Assembly: GCA_963752345.1 (NCBI GenBank)
Contig: CAVVYA010000002.1
Location: forward strand, 845,451 to 909,450
Origin: an uncultured Alphaproteobacteria bacterium
GTDB taxonomy: Bacteria; Pseudomonadota; Alphaproteobacteria; SMXQ01
Direction: 5' to 3'
Length of the DNA stretch: 64,000 nucleotides
The number at the start of each line of letters is the position of its first letter. Position 1 is the stretch's first letter. Positions 18,418 to 28,913 of the stretch are shown here, piece by piece. The translations under genes were made by a program, and so were the position numbers. The notes under the pieces were generated by a model that was given only the letters and a program-made list of their open reading frames with translations, was not told the DNA's origin and ran no database searches.

Positions 18418-19512
18418 TCAATCCGAACCGCCGTCGCCGCCGCCTTCCGTGGCGCCTTCCTTGAGGGTGCGGTCCGCCGCCCGGGGTTTCAACGCATCGG
18501 CGGCGGCCTGGGCGATATCTGGCGAAATGGCAAAGGCTGTCTTGATGATCTTGTCGAGACGCTCGCCATCGAACCATTCGAGTTCGAGATGCTGCTTTTG
18601 CGCCTCTGACACGAAACCCGGGTCCTTCATCGTGGCGTTGAACGCCGCGCGCAGCATCTTGACCCGGTCATCCGCCACGCCCGGGGGCGCCAGCACGGGC
18701 CGGTCCATCTCCATGGGCGCCAACACGAGTGCCAGGATCTTCTTGCCGCGGTCGTCCTTGATCAATTCCATGACAGTCGGCACGTCGGGGAAATCCGGAT
18801 CGCGCTCCGCCGAAATCTGGATCACCACCTGGACCTTCTTCTGCGGAAACCAATCCGGCCGCGTGCTGGCGATCGAGGACTTGAGACCGCCGCAGCGGCC
18901 GTGCACCTCGCCGCGCTCCATGGCGAGGTAGACGTCGTTGCCGCCCTTGTAGCCGGAGATGATCTTGTTCTTGGTGCCGAGGAGGGAATTGAGCATCGCC
19001 GGCAGGGTTTCCATCTGCGATCCCGCGCCGGTGCCGCCGACGATGAACTGCTTGTCGTACATGTCCTTGTAAGTTTTGATCGGCGATTCGTGCCAGGCGA
19101 CGCAGATGCCGTTCGCCGTGTTCATGCTGCCGATCCAATTGAACTTGGTCGAATCGAACTTGGCCGCGTCCAGACCATAGAGCGGCGCCAGCGGCACGCT
19201 CGAATGAATCAGGCCGAGCACGCTGCCGTCCTTCGGCGCGTTGGTATAGAGGAAGTTGGTCGCCCGCAGGCCGCCGCCGCCCGGCATGTTCTGCACGATG
19301 ATGTTGGGATTGCCCGGCAGATGATTGCCGAAGTAGCGCGCGAAGGCCCGGCCGTAGGAGGCGTAGCCGCCGCCCGCGCCGGCGCTCAGCGTCAGGGTGA
19401 TGTCCTTCGTCTTCTTGAAGAACTCCTCGGCCGATTGGGCCGCGGCCTGACCGGTCGAGGCGACGACCAGCGCCGCGGCGAAGACCAGAGGAATTGCCGT
19501 CATCGAACGCAT
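18418..19512 (-). CDS. Bug/TctC-family TTT substrate-binding protein
   Basis: ATG 19512 preceded by GGAGA. Signal peptide, FFKKTKDITL...GAGGGYASY...IVQNMPGGGG...ISGYKGGNDVYLAMERGEVHG. Confidence 0.9.
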   Translation of the reverse strand: MRSMTAIPLVFAAALVVASTGQAAAQSAEEFFKKTKDITLTLSAGAGGGYASYGRAFARYFGNHLPGNPNIIVQNMPGGGGLRATNFLYTNAPKDGSVLGLIHSSVPLAPLYGLDAAKFDSTKFNWIGSMNTANGICVAWHESPIKTYKDMYDKQFIVGGTGAGSQMETLPAMLNSLLGTKNKIISGYKGGNDVYLAMERGEVHGRCGGLKSSIASTRPDWFPQKKVQVVIQISAERDPDFPDVPTVMELIKDDRGKKILALVLAPMEMDRPVLAPPGVADDRVKMLRAAFNATMKDPGFVSEAQKQHLELEWFDGERLDKIIKTAFAISPDIAQAAADALKPRAADRTLKEGATEGGGDGGSD

Positions 19513-19526
19513 GGGTGTCTCCATGG

Positions 19527-20348
19527 TTACTGTTGGGCGACGGACAGCAGGACGCCGTCCGAAATCGGCCATGAAATACTGGCCGAGCGGGCAGCTCTTG
19601 CGGAACAGCTCGAGCCGCGCGGCGCCTTCCGACCCGGTGCCGACCGGACTCGGGCGTCAGGCGCGGGTTGTCGCCCGCCACCGTCTCCACGTCTTTCTTG
19701 AACTGCTCGATGCTCTCGACCGTGAAGCCGATGTGGTCCATGCCGGGCGAGACGATTCCCGTGCCGTCGTAGTCGGTGATATGCCATGGCATGATCATCA
19801 GCGTCATGCGGCCGTCGGTGACATAATAGTTGGGGTCGCCTTCGGCCTTGTTGCGGGTGTCGAGTTCGAACACGTCGACGTAGAACTTCGCCATCTGCTC
19901 CGGGTTCAGCGTGCGCATGGCGACATGACTGATGAAGCGATTCTGGCTGCGCTTGCCGGTATCCTCATGGTCGGCATAGACCTCGGTGCGGTTCGACATG
20001 TCCTTCTGCGACAGGTCGAATACGTTGCCGTCAGGGTCATGGGTGGTGATGCCGGCGAACGGCCGCGTCGACGGGCGCTTGAGCCATTCGACCTGCGGGT
20101 ATGCCTTGCGCATACGCTCGAACACGGTTTCGACGTTCTCGACCTGGATGCCGAAATGATCGAGCCGCGCCGGGCGCCCGGCGCGCCGCGGATTGATGTT
20201 GAGCCCGACATAGCCGTCGCCGACCGTCACCGCGCGCTGCGGCCGCGCCTTGCCCGACGTCTTCATGCCGAACATCGAACTCGTAGAACTTGCCGAGCTG
20301 CGCGTAGTTCTCGCTGACAGTGGCAACGTGATTGATCTTGGCGAACAT
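19527..20348 (-). pseudogene. Two-domain VOC/glyoxalase family protein, about 3 frameshifts
   Basis: MFAKINHVATVSENYAQLGKFYEF (20348 frame) continues as MFGMKTSGK...LDHFGIQVENVE...ISHVAMR...MDHIGFTVESIE (18668-20326 frame), then VGTGSEGAARLELFRK... and ...SDGVLLSVAQQ stop at 19527. Switches near 20270, 19640-19655 and 19560-19570. Confidence 0.7.
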
Positions 20349-20380
20349 TCCCAGCTACTCCGTTTTTCTTCGATTTGCCT

Positions 20381-20758
20381 TTATGATTTGACCGCGGTGA
20401 AGCGTTGCGAGCTGCCCACCTGGTAGCGTTGCGGCGCGACATCGGTGCGGCCGGTGCTCTTGTCCTGGCGATCGTAAATCGCGGAGACCTGCAGCAGCTC
20501 GAGCTCGTCCTCGCCGGCGTTCTCGAACCAGTAGCGCGAATAGGCCGGCGTGATCGTGCCCTCGTTGGGTCCGAATTCGCCGATCACCTCGTCGTCCGGC
20601 CCATAGAACCGCACGCGTCCCTTCAGCACCATCCACAGGCTGTCGCTGTTGGTGTGATAGTGCAGGTTGTTCTCGCCGCCGTTCTTCTTGACGATCTGCA
20701 CGATGCCGCGCATCCGGTCGCTCTTGGCGAGCTCGACGCGGCCCTTGCCTGAGGTCAC
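20381..20758 (-). CDS. Cupin domain protein (possibly 5'-truncated by a frameshift; alternative start 20852)
   Basis: HYHTNSDSLWMVLKGRVRF...PAYSRYWFEN cupin motifs. An ATG at 20852 with a strong AAGGAGG SD opens MSSNPASNEMTQR, which joins this frame only after a 1-nt shift near 20812-20822. Confidence 0.75.
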   Translation of the reverse strand: MTSGKGRVELAKSDRMRGIVQIVKKNGGENNLHYHTNSDSLWMVLKGRVRFYGPDDEVIGEFGPNEGTITPAYSRYWFENAGEDELELLQVSAIYDRQDKSTGRTDVAPQRYQVGSSQRFTAVKS

Positions 20759-20896
20759 GCCGTCCGGCTTGGCATAGCTGAAGGTCGTGACCTTGGCCTC
20801 CGCTTCCTGCGTGCCGCTGGGTCATCTCGTTTGACGCCGGATTGCTCGACATCGTTTCCTCCTTATGGTTCCCCGGCGCGCGTTCGCGGCGCGGTC

Positions 20897-22191
20897 TTAT
20901 TCGCAGGCGATCAGCGTGGCTTCGGATTTGTCGCCCGTATAGGTCACTTCGCAGGCCATGCCGGGCTTGAGCTTCTCGCGCGGGCCTTCCTGGCCGCCGA
21001 AGGTGACCTTGCTGCGCGCGCCGCTCAGCGTGACGGTATGCACGTCCTCGCGCGCCGCGAAGCTGAGCTCGCGGCCGTCGTCTTTGACCGCGTCGAGCTT
21101 GGTCTTGATCTTCACCTGGTCCGGCGCCTTCTTGACGATCTGCATCTTGTCGGTCCGCGTGATGGCGAGCGACGCCTTCTCGACCATCGGCTTGGGATAG
21201 GAATAGAGCTTGTTGATGAGCTGCTCGATGCGCTCGCCCGAAACCGCGCCGACTTCGAGCTGCTGCTTCTGCGCCAAGGCGATGAACTCCGGATCCGCCA
21301 TGCTCTTGTCGAAGGCCGCGCGCAGCGCCGCCAGGCGGTCGGCCGGCACATCCGGCGTGGTCAGGATCGGGCGGCCCATGAGTTGCGGCGAGATGATCAG
21401 ATCGATGATCTGACGCTGTTCGTCGCTCGTCGCCAGCTCGCCGAGCAACGGCACGTTGGGCAGCTCGGGATGCTTGTCGACGCCGAGCTGGACCAGCAGC
21501 GTGATCTTGTTCTCCTTGATCCACTGGCCGCGGGTGCTTTCGATGCTGCTCCACGACCAGCCGCAGCGGCCGTCGATCTCGCCACGCTCGAACGCCAGGT
21601 TGATGGCGCCGCCGCGAGTTGTAGCCGGTGATCAGCTTCATCTTGGTGTCGAACAGATTGTTGATCAGGTTGGGATACATGTCGGTGTCCGAGCCCGGGC
21701 CCAAGCCGCCGACGATCAGCGGATATTGCTGGAGATCCTTGAAGTTCTTGACCTTCGAGCCATGCCAGGCGACGCACAGGCTGACCTCGTTGTTCATGCT
21801 GCCGATCCAGCCGAACTTGGTCGGGTCGAACTTGACGCCCTGGGCGTCGAACAACGGCGCCGTCGAGACCGCGCCGCGGTGGATCAGCGCGAACACGCTG
21901 CCATCCTTTACCGCGACATTATAGAGGTGATTGGCGGCGACGATGCCGCCGGCGCCCTGCAGGTGCTGGATGATGATCTTGAGGCTTGCCTGGAAGATAT
22001 TTTTCCATGAACGGCATCAGGGCATGGGCGTAGGTGCCGTAGCCGCCACCCTGCCCGGCCGAGAGGATCATCTTCATATCGCGGCCCTTGTAGAAGGCAT
22101 CCGCCGATTGCGCCTGCGCCAGGCCGCTCGCCATCGCGACGAGCCCCGCCGCCAGAACCGTCACGCGCGCCGCACCGATCTGTTTCGTCAT
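20897..22191 (-). pseudogene. Bug/TctC-family substrate-binding protein with C-terminal extension, 2 frameshifts
   Basis: MTKQIGAARV... signal and FYKGRDMKMIL (22191 frame), IIIQHLQGAGG...WIGSMNNE (20355-21896 frame), GGAINLAFERGEIDGRCG... to MACEVTY...LIACE (20897 frame). Switches near 21985-21992 and 21618-21630. Confidence 0.8.
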
Positions 22192-22295
22192 TCCAACCTC
22201 CCAGGACCGCGCCGTCTTTTCGACAGTCTTAGCCTCTTGCGGCAAGTGTAAGCCCCTCTCCGAAGGCACGGCAAACGAATTCCCGGGCTGCGGTA

Positions 22296-23642
22296 GTGCT
22301 CTACAAGACCATCAAGGGCTTGTATGCGTGGGGCGAATTCCCGATAGTCTGCCTTCTACGTATTCATTCTTCAGCCCGGTGCGCTCCCTTGTTGATTCGA
22401 GCTCTCAAAGCCAACCCTCACGGCTGGGTGGTCGTTCTCGTCTGCTTTTTCGCCCTGAGCGTGGTTTCGGCGACCCGCGCCAGCATCGGGCTCGTCATGC
22501 CATCCTTGGAATCGGAATTGGGTTGGAGCCGCGGATTCGTGTCTTCGGTGGCGGCCTATTCGCTGATCACCATGGCGATCGCCGCGCCCTTCGTCGGCAA
22601 CCTGCTCGACCGCTACGGCCCGCGCGCCATCCTGGTGGTTGGCTTGACCGTCACCGGCATAGGCTTGGTCTCCTGCGCCTTCGTCGAACTACCCTGGCAT
22701 TTCATGGCGAGCTTCGCGGTGCTCGCCGGGCTCGGCTATGGCACGGTGGCCAAGAGCATGGTCTCCGCCACGGTCGCCGGCTATTTCGACGAGAACCGGG
22801 GCCTCGCCATCGGCGTCTCCGCCGCCGGCTCGACCGCCGGCCAGCTCGCCTTGCTGCCGGCCCTGGCGCTGGTGATGACGGCCTATGGCTGGCGCACGGG
22901 TTATGTGCTTCTCGGGGTCGCGTGCTTTGTCCTGATCCCCTTCGTGTGGATGATGATCGGCGACGGCCGCAAGAAGCCGGCCATGCGCAAAGGACCGGCG
23001 ACGCCCGCCGGACTCGGCCAGCGCCTCGGCTACATCTTCTCCAACCGCACGTTTCTCCTACTGCTTGTCAGCTACACGATCTGCGGCTTCACCACCGCCG
23101 GCGTGATCGAGACCCATCTCATCCCCTATGTGCAGAGTTGCGGCCTGCCGGTCACCACCGGCGCTTACGCCTACGGCGTGTTGGCGGCCTTCAACATGGG
23201 CGGCATGGCGCTCGCCGGCTACCTGTCGGACAAGTGGCATCGGCCGCGCCTGCTCGCCGCGGTCTATGCCGGCCGCGGTCTTTCCTTCATCGTGCTGATG
23301 ATGGTGCCGGCCTACGACGTGGCGCCGCTGTTTGTGTTCGCGGTCCTGTTCGGCATCTTCGACTACTCGACGATCCCGCTGACCACCTCGCTGGTCGCCA
23401 CCCATGTCGGTATGCGCGTGATGGGACTGGCGCTCGGCTTGCTCGGCGCCTTCCATTCGGCGGGCGCGGCGGCAGGCGCCTTCATGGGTGGGATTCTCTA
23501 TGACCTGTTCCAGCAGTACGACTGGATCTGGATCGCCTCGATCGCCTTGGCGCTGTTCGCCGCCGTCCTGGCCATTCTCATTCCGGAGGACCGCGAGGGT
23601 GTCGAGAAGCGTATGGCCGCTGCCGTTACCGCGCCGGCGTAA
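22296..23642 (+). CDS. MFS transporter
   Basis: 12 predicted helices. DRYGPR loop motif. The start is uncertain: in-frame TTG at 22389/22392 just before the first helix is more plausible than ATG 22296. Confidence 0.8.
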   Translation: MLYKTIKGLYAWGEFPIVCLLRIHSSARCAPLLIRALKANPHGWVVVLVCFFALSVVSATRASIGLVMPSLESELGWSRGFVSSVAAYSLITMAIAAPFVGNLLDRYGPRAILVVGLTVTGIGLVSCAFVELPWHFMASFAVLAGLGYGTVAKSMVSATVAGYFDENRGLAIGVSAAGSTAGQLALLPALALVMTAYGWRTGYVLLGVACFVLIPFVWMMIGDGRKKPAMRKGPATPAGLGQRLGYIFSNRTFLLLLVSYTICGFTTAGVIETHLIPYVQSCGLPVTTGAYAYGVLAAFNMGGMALAGYLSDKWHRPRLLAAVYAGRGLSFIVLMMVPAYDVAPLFVFAVLFGIFDYSTIPLTTSLVATHVGMRVMGLALGLLGAFHSAGAAAGAFMGGILYDLFQQYDWIWIASIALALFAAVLAILIPEDREGVEKRMAAAVTAPA

Positions 23643-23679
23643 TACCTCATGGGAATCCTGAAATAATGGCAATAAGATT

Positions 23680-24240
23680 ATGAAGTTATTCGCACTATCT
23701 GGATCACTGCGCGCCGGATCGTTCAACAGCAAGCTGATTGCCCTGGCGGCCGACGAGGCCCGGCGTCAGGGCGCCGACGTCACCCTCGGCGATTTCCGCG
23801 CCCTCGCCCCGCCGCTCTATGACGCGGACCTCGAAAATTCGAGCGGATTCCCGCCGCAGGCCCAGGCGCTGATTCGTCACATCGAACAGGCCGAGGGCAT
23901 GATGATCGCGACGCCGGAATACAATTACTCCGTCCCCGGTCCGCTCAAGAACGCGTTCGACTGGGTGTCGCGCGTCAAGCCTTATCGATTCCAGGACAAG
24001 CCGGTGCTGCTGATGGGCGCCAGCTCGGGCGGCTGGGGCGCCGTGCATGGCATGGACGCTCTGCGCATCACGCTGCACTACCAGGGCGCCGCGATCTACC
24101 CGGACGTGTTCTCGCTGCAGAACGGCAAATCCGCGTTCGACGCGCAGGACCGCTTTGCCGACGCCGGCTTGAATGGCAAACTGGCGGAACTCATCGGCAA
24201 ATTTCTCCAGTCCCTGCGCGAGCGGCCATCTGCCTCCTGA
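23680..24240 (+). CDS. NAD(P)H-dependent FMN reductase family oxidoreductase
   Basis: MKLFALSGSLRAGSFNS...IATPEYNYSVPGPLKNAFDW is the FMN_red signature. Confidence 0.85.
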   Translation: MKLFALSGSLRAGSFNSKLIALAADEARRQGADVTLGDFRALAPPLYDADLENSSGFPPQAQALIRHIEQAEGMMIATPEYNYSVPGPLKNAFDWVSRVKPYRFQDKPVLLMGASSGGWGAVHGMDALRITLHYQGAAIYPDVFSLQNGKSAFDAQDRFADAGLNGKLAELIGKFLQSLRERPSAS

Positions 24241-24252
24241 AGGGAGCATCCC

Positions 24253-25605
24253 TTGAACGGCATCTTCTTCGCCATCGTTCTCGTCGCGTTCGGTGTCACC
24301 GCGTGGCGCGAACTGACCTGGGTGGCGGTGGAGCCCGACCAGCTTTCGCCGATGACCCTGCTCGGCTCCAACATGATCGAGACCGCCGGCAGCGCCGTCA
24401 CCCTCGCCATCGGGCTCGTCGGCATCATGGCGCTGTTCCTCGGCCTGATGAAGGTCGCCGAGGCGGGCGGCCTGCTCACCGTCATCGCCCGCACCATCCG
24501 GCCGCTCATGGTCCGGCTGTTTCCCGACGTGCCGCACGATCATCCGGCGATGGGCGCCATGGTGCTGAACTTCTCGGCCAACGCGCTCGGGCTCGGCAAT
24601 GCGGCGACGCCGTTCGGCATCCGCGCCATGCAGGAGCTCGACAAGCTCAATCCGCACAAGGGCACGGCGACCGACGCGCAGGTCATGTTCCTGGTGATCA
24701 ACACGGCGTCGGTCACCATCCTGCCGACCACGGTGATCGCCCTGCGCGCCGCCGCCGGCTCGGCGGATCCGGCCGCCGTCGTGCCGACCACGCTATTCGC
24801 AACGCTGATCGCCACCACCATCGCGATCATCTGCGCGCGCACCCTGCAGCGATTCTGGCCGGCGCCGAAGGCAGACGGTCGTGGCTCGACGGTCGCCGCG
24901 CTCGCCGAGGCCGACGAGGGCTTTCCCGACGCCGCGCCGCAAGCCAGCAGCGATGTGCTGCAGACCGCGCCGGTCGACGAGGCCGCCGCCTACCCGGCCT
25001 GGGTCTCCTGGCTCGTGCTCGCCGGGCTCGTCGCGATGATTCCGCTGACGCTGATTTACGGCCGCGTCGTCTCGCCCTGGGTCATCCCCGCCTTGATGGC
25101 GGGCATCCTCGTCTTCGGCTTCGTGCGCCGCGTGCATGTCTACGAGGCCTTCGTCGAAGGCGCCAAGGACGGCTTCCATGTCGCCGTCCGCATCATCCCC
25201 TATCTGGTCGCCATTCTGGTCGCCATCGGCATGCTGCGCGCCAGCGGCGCGCTCGACGCCATCATCGGCGCGATATCGCCCTACACGGAAATTGTCGGGC
25301 TGCCGGCCGAGTCGCTCCCCATGGCGATCATGCGCTCGCTCTCCGGCTCGGGCGCCTACGGCATCATGGCCTCGATCATCAACGATCCGACGATAGGGCC
25401 CGATTCCTACGTCGGCCTGCTGGTCAGCACGATCCAGGGCTCGAGCGAAACCACCTTCTATGTGCTGGCGGTCTATTGCGGCGCCGTCGGCATCCGCCGC
25501 ATGCGCCACGCCGTCGCCGCCGGCCTGATCGCCGACGTCGCCGCGGTGATGGCGGCCGTCGTCATCTGCTCGTGGCTGTTTTCGGGCGGCATCGACACCC
25601 CATAG
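24253..25605 (+). CDS. Nucleoside-recognition (Gate) domain membrane protein, SpmA/SpmB-like fusion
   Basis: TTG start 12 nt after the upstream stop. AVTLAIGLVGIMALFLGLMKVAE...NALGLGNAATPFG (SpmA-like half) and a second Gate-like half after a Pro/Ala linker. Confidence 0.75.
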   Translation: MNGIFFAIVLVAFGVTAWRELTWVAVEPDQLSPMTLLGSNMIETAGSAVTLAIGLVGIMALFLGLMKVAEAGGLLTVIARTIRPLMVRLFPDVPHDHPAMGAMVLNFSANALGLGNAATPFGIRAMQELDKLNPHKGTATDAQVMFLVINTASVTILPTTVIALRAAAGSADPAAVVPTTLFATLIATTIAIICARTLQRFWPAPKADGRGSTVAALAEADEGFPDAAPQASSDVLQTAPVDEAAAYPAWVSWLVLAGLVAMIPLTLIYGRVVSPWVIPALMAGILVFGFVRRVHVYEAFVEGAKDGFHVAVRIIPYLVAILVAIGMLRASGALDAIIGAISPYTEIVGLPAESLPMAIMRSLSGSGAYGIMASIINDPTIGPDSYVGLLVSTIQGSSETTFYVLAVYCGAVGIRRMRHAVAAGLIADVAAVMAAVVICSWLFSGGIDTP

Positions 25606-25693
25606 ATCCGGCGTCCCGCAACCGCCATTTGCGCACCTCGGCCGGCCGTGCCTATCATGCTCGCCATAAAAAACAATCCGGGAGGGCGTGACT

Positions 25694-26419
25694 ATGGCGT
25701 TTTCCAGTTGGCGCGGCATCGTGGGGATGATCAATCCGACCATGCGGCCGGGGATGACCGAGGAGGTCATCCGTCTGTTGCCCGAGGGCATCGGCGTCAT
25801 TCCCCTGTTCCTCAACATCAGCCGCGGCACGACGGAAGAATTCAAGACCGTCATGAACGCCTACGAGCAGAACGTGGCGCTGCTCGCCGAACAGGGCTGC
25901 GACGTGATTCATCCCAACGGCGCGCCGCCCTTCATGGTCCAGGGTCTTGAGGGCGAGAAGAAGATCGTCGGCAAATGGGAGAAGAAATACAAGACGCCGA
26001 TCTTCACCGCGCCGCAAAATCATGTGAATGCGCTCAAGGCGATCAAGGCCAAGACCATCGTCGGCGCGACCTACTTTTCCGGCAAGATCAACGACACCTT
26101 CGCCAAATATTTCCGCGACGCCGGCTTCACCGTGAAGAGCATGGACGGCATCGACGTGCCGTTCAACAAGGTGCAGGAGCTGTCGAGCCAGGAAGTCTAC
26201 GCCCATATCAAGAAGAGCTTCCTCAAGCACAAGGGCGCCGACGCCATCTACATGCTGGGCTCGGGCTGGCGCACGCTCGACATCATCGCCACCCTGGAGC
26301 AGGATCTGCAGGTGCCGGTGGTGCATCCGGTGACGGCGCGGGTGTGGGAATTCCAGAAGCGCCTGCATGTCAATGAGCCGATCCGCGGCTACGGCCATTT
26401 CCTCGAAACCTTGCCATAG
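25694..26419 (+). CDS. Asp/Glu racemase superfamily protein (maleate isomerase / arylmalonate decarboxylase-like)
   Basis: GGGAGGG SD before ATG 25694. 241 aa. GIVGMINPT...TAPQNHVNAL...YMLGSGWRTL pattern resembles the maleate cis-trans isomerase family (from memory). Confidence 0.65.
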   Translation: MAFSSWRGIVGMINPTMRPGMTEEVIRLLPEGIGVIPLFLNISRGTTEEFKTVMNAYEQNVALLAEQGCDVIHPNGAPPFMVQGLEGEKKIVGKWEKKYKTPIFTAPQNHVNALKAIKAKTIVGATYFSGKINDTFAKYFRDAGFTVKSMDGIDVPFNKVQELSSQEVYAHIKKSFLKHKGADAIYMLGSGWRTLDIIATLEQDLQVPVVHPVTARVWEFQKRLHVNEPIRGYGHFLETLP

Positions 26420-26448
26420 GCGGCGGCAACGAACCTCGGGAGGCGTCC

Positions 26449-27807
26449 ATGACCAGTCACGGCGCGTGCAAGATACGGTTCGGAATTTCAGTCATGGCGG
26501 CAGGGCTGGCGCTGACGGCCTGGGCGTCGCCCACGGCCGCGCAAACGGCCGAGTCCTTCTACAAGGGCCGCAACATGACGCTGCTCGTCGGCTACGCGCC
26601 GGGCGGCATCAACGACATCGCCGGACGCCTGCTCGCGCGCCACATCGTGAAATACATCCCGGGCCATCCCAACATGGTGGTGCAGAACATGCCCGGCGCC
26701 GGCGGCCTGGTGACCGCCAATCATCTTTACAACATCGCCGAGAAGGACGGCTCGGTGATCGCCGGTCTCGGCCGCGCGGTGCCGCAGCTCGCCTACCTCG
26801 ACGATCCGAACGCGCGCTTCGATCCGCTGAAGTTCACCTGGCTCGGCAGCTCGTCGTCCTACGCCGACGACGCCTATGTGGTGCTGCTCAACGCCAAGCA
26901 CCCGGCCAACAGCGTCGCCGACCTCAAGAAGGACGGCCCCGCCGTGAAGCTCGGCGCGGTGTCCGCCGGCTCGACCAATCTCATCTTCGCCATTTTGGCC
27001 AAGGAAGTCGCCGGCCTGAACGTCGACATCATCCGCGGCTATACCGGCGCGGCGCCGATCTTCCTCGCCATGCAGAACGGCGAGCTCGACGGCCAGGTGA
27101 TCGGGCTCGGCTCGGCCAAGGCCGGCCAGCCTCATCTGTGGAACACCAGGCAGGTCAAGCCGCTGGTGCAGTTCGGCCGCGCCACCCGCCTGGCGGAACT
27201 GGCCGACGTGCCGACCGGGCGCGAGCTGGTCAGCGATCCGGACAAGCTGGCGCTGCTCGAATTCGCCGAACTGCCGTTCTTCATGGCGCTGCCCTTCGCG
27301 GCACCGCCCGCGCTGCCGCCCGCCCGGGCGAAGGCGCTGCAGGATGCCTTCATGGCGGTTCACCAGGACAAGGACTTCCTTGCGGAGGCGAAGAAGCTCG
27401 ATCTCGACATCAGCCCGATCAGCGGCGACGCCGTCGCCAAGCTGCTGGAGCGCACGGCGCAGACGCCGAAAGACGTCATCGCCCGCTACAACGACATCGT
27501 CAATCCCCGAAGAAATGATGGAAGACCAGGCGGGCTATCCCACACGGCTCGAAAGATCGTCACCCCGGGCTTGACGCGGGGCCCATCGGAAACGGAGCGG
27601 CGCACCAGACACCGCCTGGACCCCGGGTCGGCCGGGCGTGGCGATTTTTGGCCAGGCCATGTGATGATCAGCGCGTCAGGCTTTCGAGCCGGCGGAGCGC
27701 GGCGGCGAGAATCAGGATCATCAGGCCGCAGGCGACGAAGATCCAACTGCCCGCCTGCCAGCCGCCCGCCAGCGCGACGGCGGCGGCCACCGCCGGCGGG
27801 CCGCTGA
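26449..27807 (+). CDS. Bug/TctC-family TTT substrate-binding protein (3' end probably corrupted; likely true stop near 27518)
   Basis: GGGAGG SD, signal peptide, FYKGRNMTLLVG...VVQNMPGAGG. After ...ARYNDIVNP the frame runs about 100 further codons of Arg/Pro/Gly-rich sequence, overlapping the convergent MFS gene. Adding one C to the C4 run at 27505-27508 would give ...NPPKK-stop. Confidence 0.8.
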   Translation: MTSHGACKIRFGISVMAAGLALTAWASPTAAQTAESFYKGRNMTLLVGYAPGGINDIAGRLLARHIVKYIPGHPNMVVQNMPGAGGLVTANHLYNIAEKDGSVIAGLGRAVPQLAYLDDPNARFDPLKFTWLGSSSSYADDAYVVLLNAKHPANSVADLKKDGPAVKLGAVSAGSTNLIFAILAKEVAGLNVDIIRGYTGAAPIFLAMQNGELDGQVIGLGSAKAGQPHLWNTRQVKPLVQFGRATRLAELADVPTGRELVSDPDKLALLEFAELPFFMALPFAAPPALPPARAKALQDAFMAVHQDKDFLAEAKKLDLDISPISGDAVAKLLERTAQTPKDVIARYNDIVNPRRNDGRPGGLSHTARKIVTPGLTRGPSETERRTRHRLDPGSAGRGDFWPGHVMISASGFRAGGARRRESGSSGRRRRRSNCPPASRPPARRRRPPPAGR

Positions 27808-28913
27808 GCTGGCCGAGGTTGGAGCCCTGCACCAATAACCCATTGGCGGCGCCGATCTGGCGCGGGCTCGGCGTGAAGGCCGGCGCGCCGCTCATCACCG
27901 TCGCCGGCAGCATGCCAGCCAGGCCCGAGAACAGGATGCACAAGAGGTAACGCAGCCAGTCGGGCACCGCGTCGCTGAAGATACCGAGGCCGCAGCCGAT
28001 CGCCAGCAGTCCAACGAAAACCAGCAGGTGCCAGCGCGACAGGCCGCGCTGCAGCAGCCAGCCGCCGAGTAGATTGCCCCCGACGTTCGACAGAACGACG
28101 ACGACCGTGAGCTGCGCCGCGAGCGCGACCGACGCGCCGCGCTGCTCGATCAGGAAGGTCGGCAGCCACACCATCAGCGCCATCCACAGCAGCGTGTAGG
28201 ATGCAAAACACAGCGCCAGAATCCACAGCCCCGGACGCGAAAGGGTCAGCCGCAGATCCTCCTTCCAGGTCGCGGTCGGCGCCACGGCCGGGGCGGATGC
28301 GGGCTGCGCCAGCCGTCCGCGCGGATCGAACCGCCGCAGCATGGCCCAGGTGACCGCGGCCCATACCAGCGTGATAGCCGGCCACCATGAGCCATAGCGC
28401 GCGCCAGCCGTGAGGCGCCAGGATGGCAGGCGCAATCAGCAGCATGGTCGCCATGCCGGCCGGCATGAAGGCGCCCCACAAGCCGAGCGCGAAGCGGCGA
28501 TCGCCCGTCTGGGCCGCATGAGCGATGATCGACGGTGCGGAGACCACGACGCCGACGAATCCGAGTCCCTCGGTGAGCCGCGCCAGCAGCAGCTGGACTC
28601 CGGAGGTGGCGGTCGCGCCCCACACCGAGCCGGCGCAGAGCATGAGCAGGCTGGCGAAAATGACTCGGCGATGGCCCAGGCGGTCGGCAAAGATCCCGAC
28701 CAGCATGCCCAGCGCGATGGACGTCGCATTGAAGATCGACACGATCCAGCCGGCCGTCACGAGATCGAGGCCGAGTTCGCCACGGATCATCGGCAAGGCT
28801 GCGGGTAGCTTGCCGATATGGCCCGCCGCCATCATGCCGGCGCTGAACGCGACCAGAATGATATCCCAGCGTGTCTTCGTTTGGGCCGAGACGGCCGCCG
28901 CTTCGCCCGACAT
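27668..28913 (-). pseudogene. MFS transporter, one frameshift
   Basis: N-terminal half (28913 frame, to ...WRALWLMVAG) and C-terminal half (27668-28435 ORF, ITLVWAAVTW...) are in different frames. The switch is near 28378-28390. Confidence 0.75.

Noticed and set aside
18668-20326. 552-aa ORF spanning the VOC gene and the Bug receptor region
   Set aside because: It is a chimera. The real VOC frame is left near 19650, and the ORF continues in a wrong frame through the Bug gene. The tail is Arg/Gly/Pro-rich with no motifs.
24303-25691. 462-aa alternative-frame ORF over the SpmA/B-like gene
   Set aside because: Same strand, wrong frame. The product is extremely Arg/Gly/His-rich, whereas the 24253 frame gives a coherent multi-helix membrane protein.
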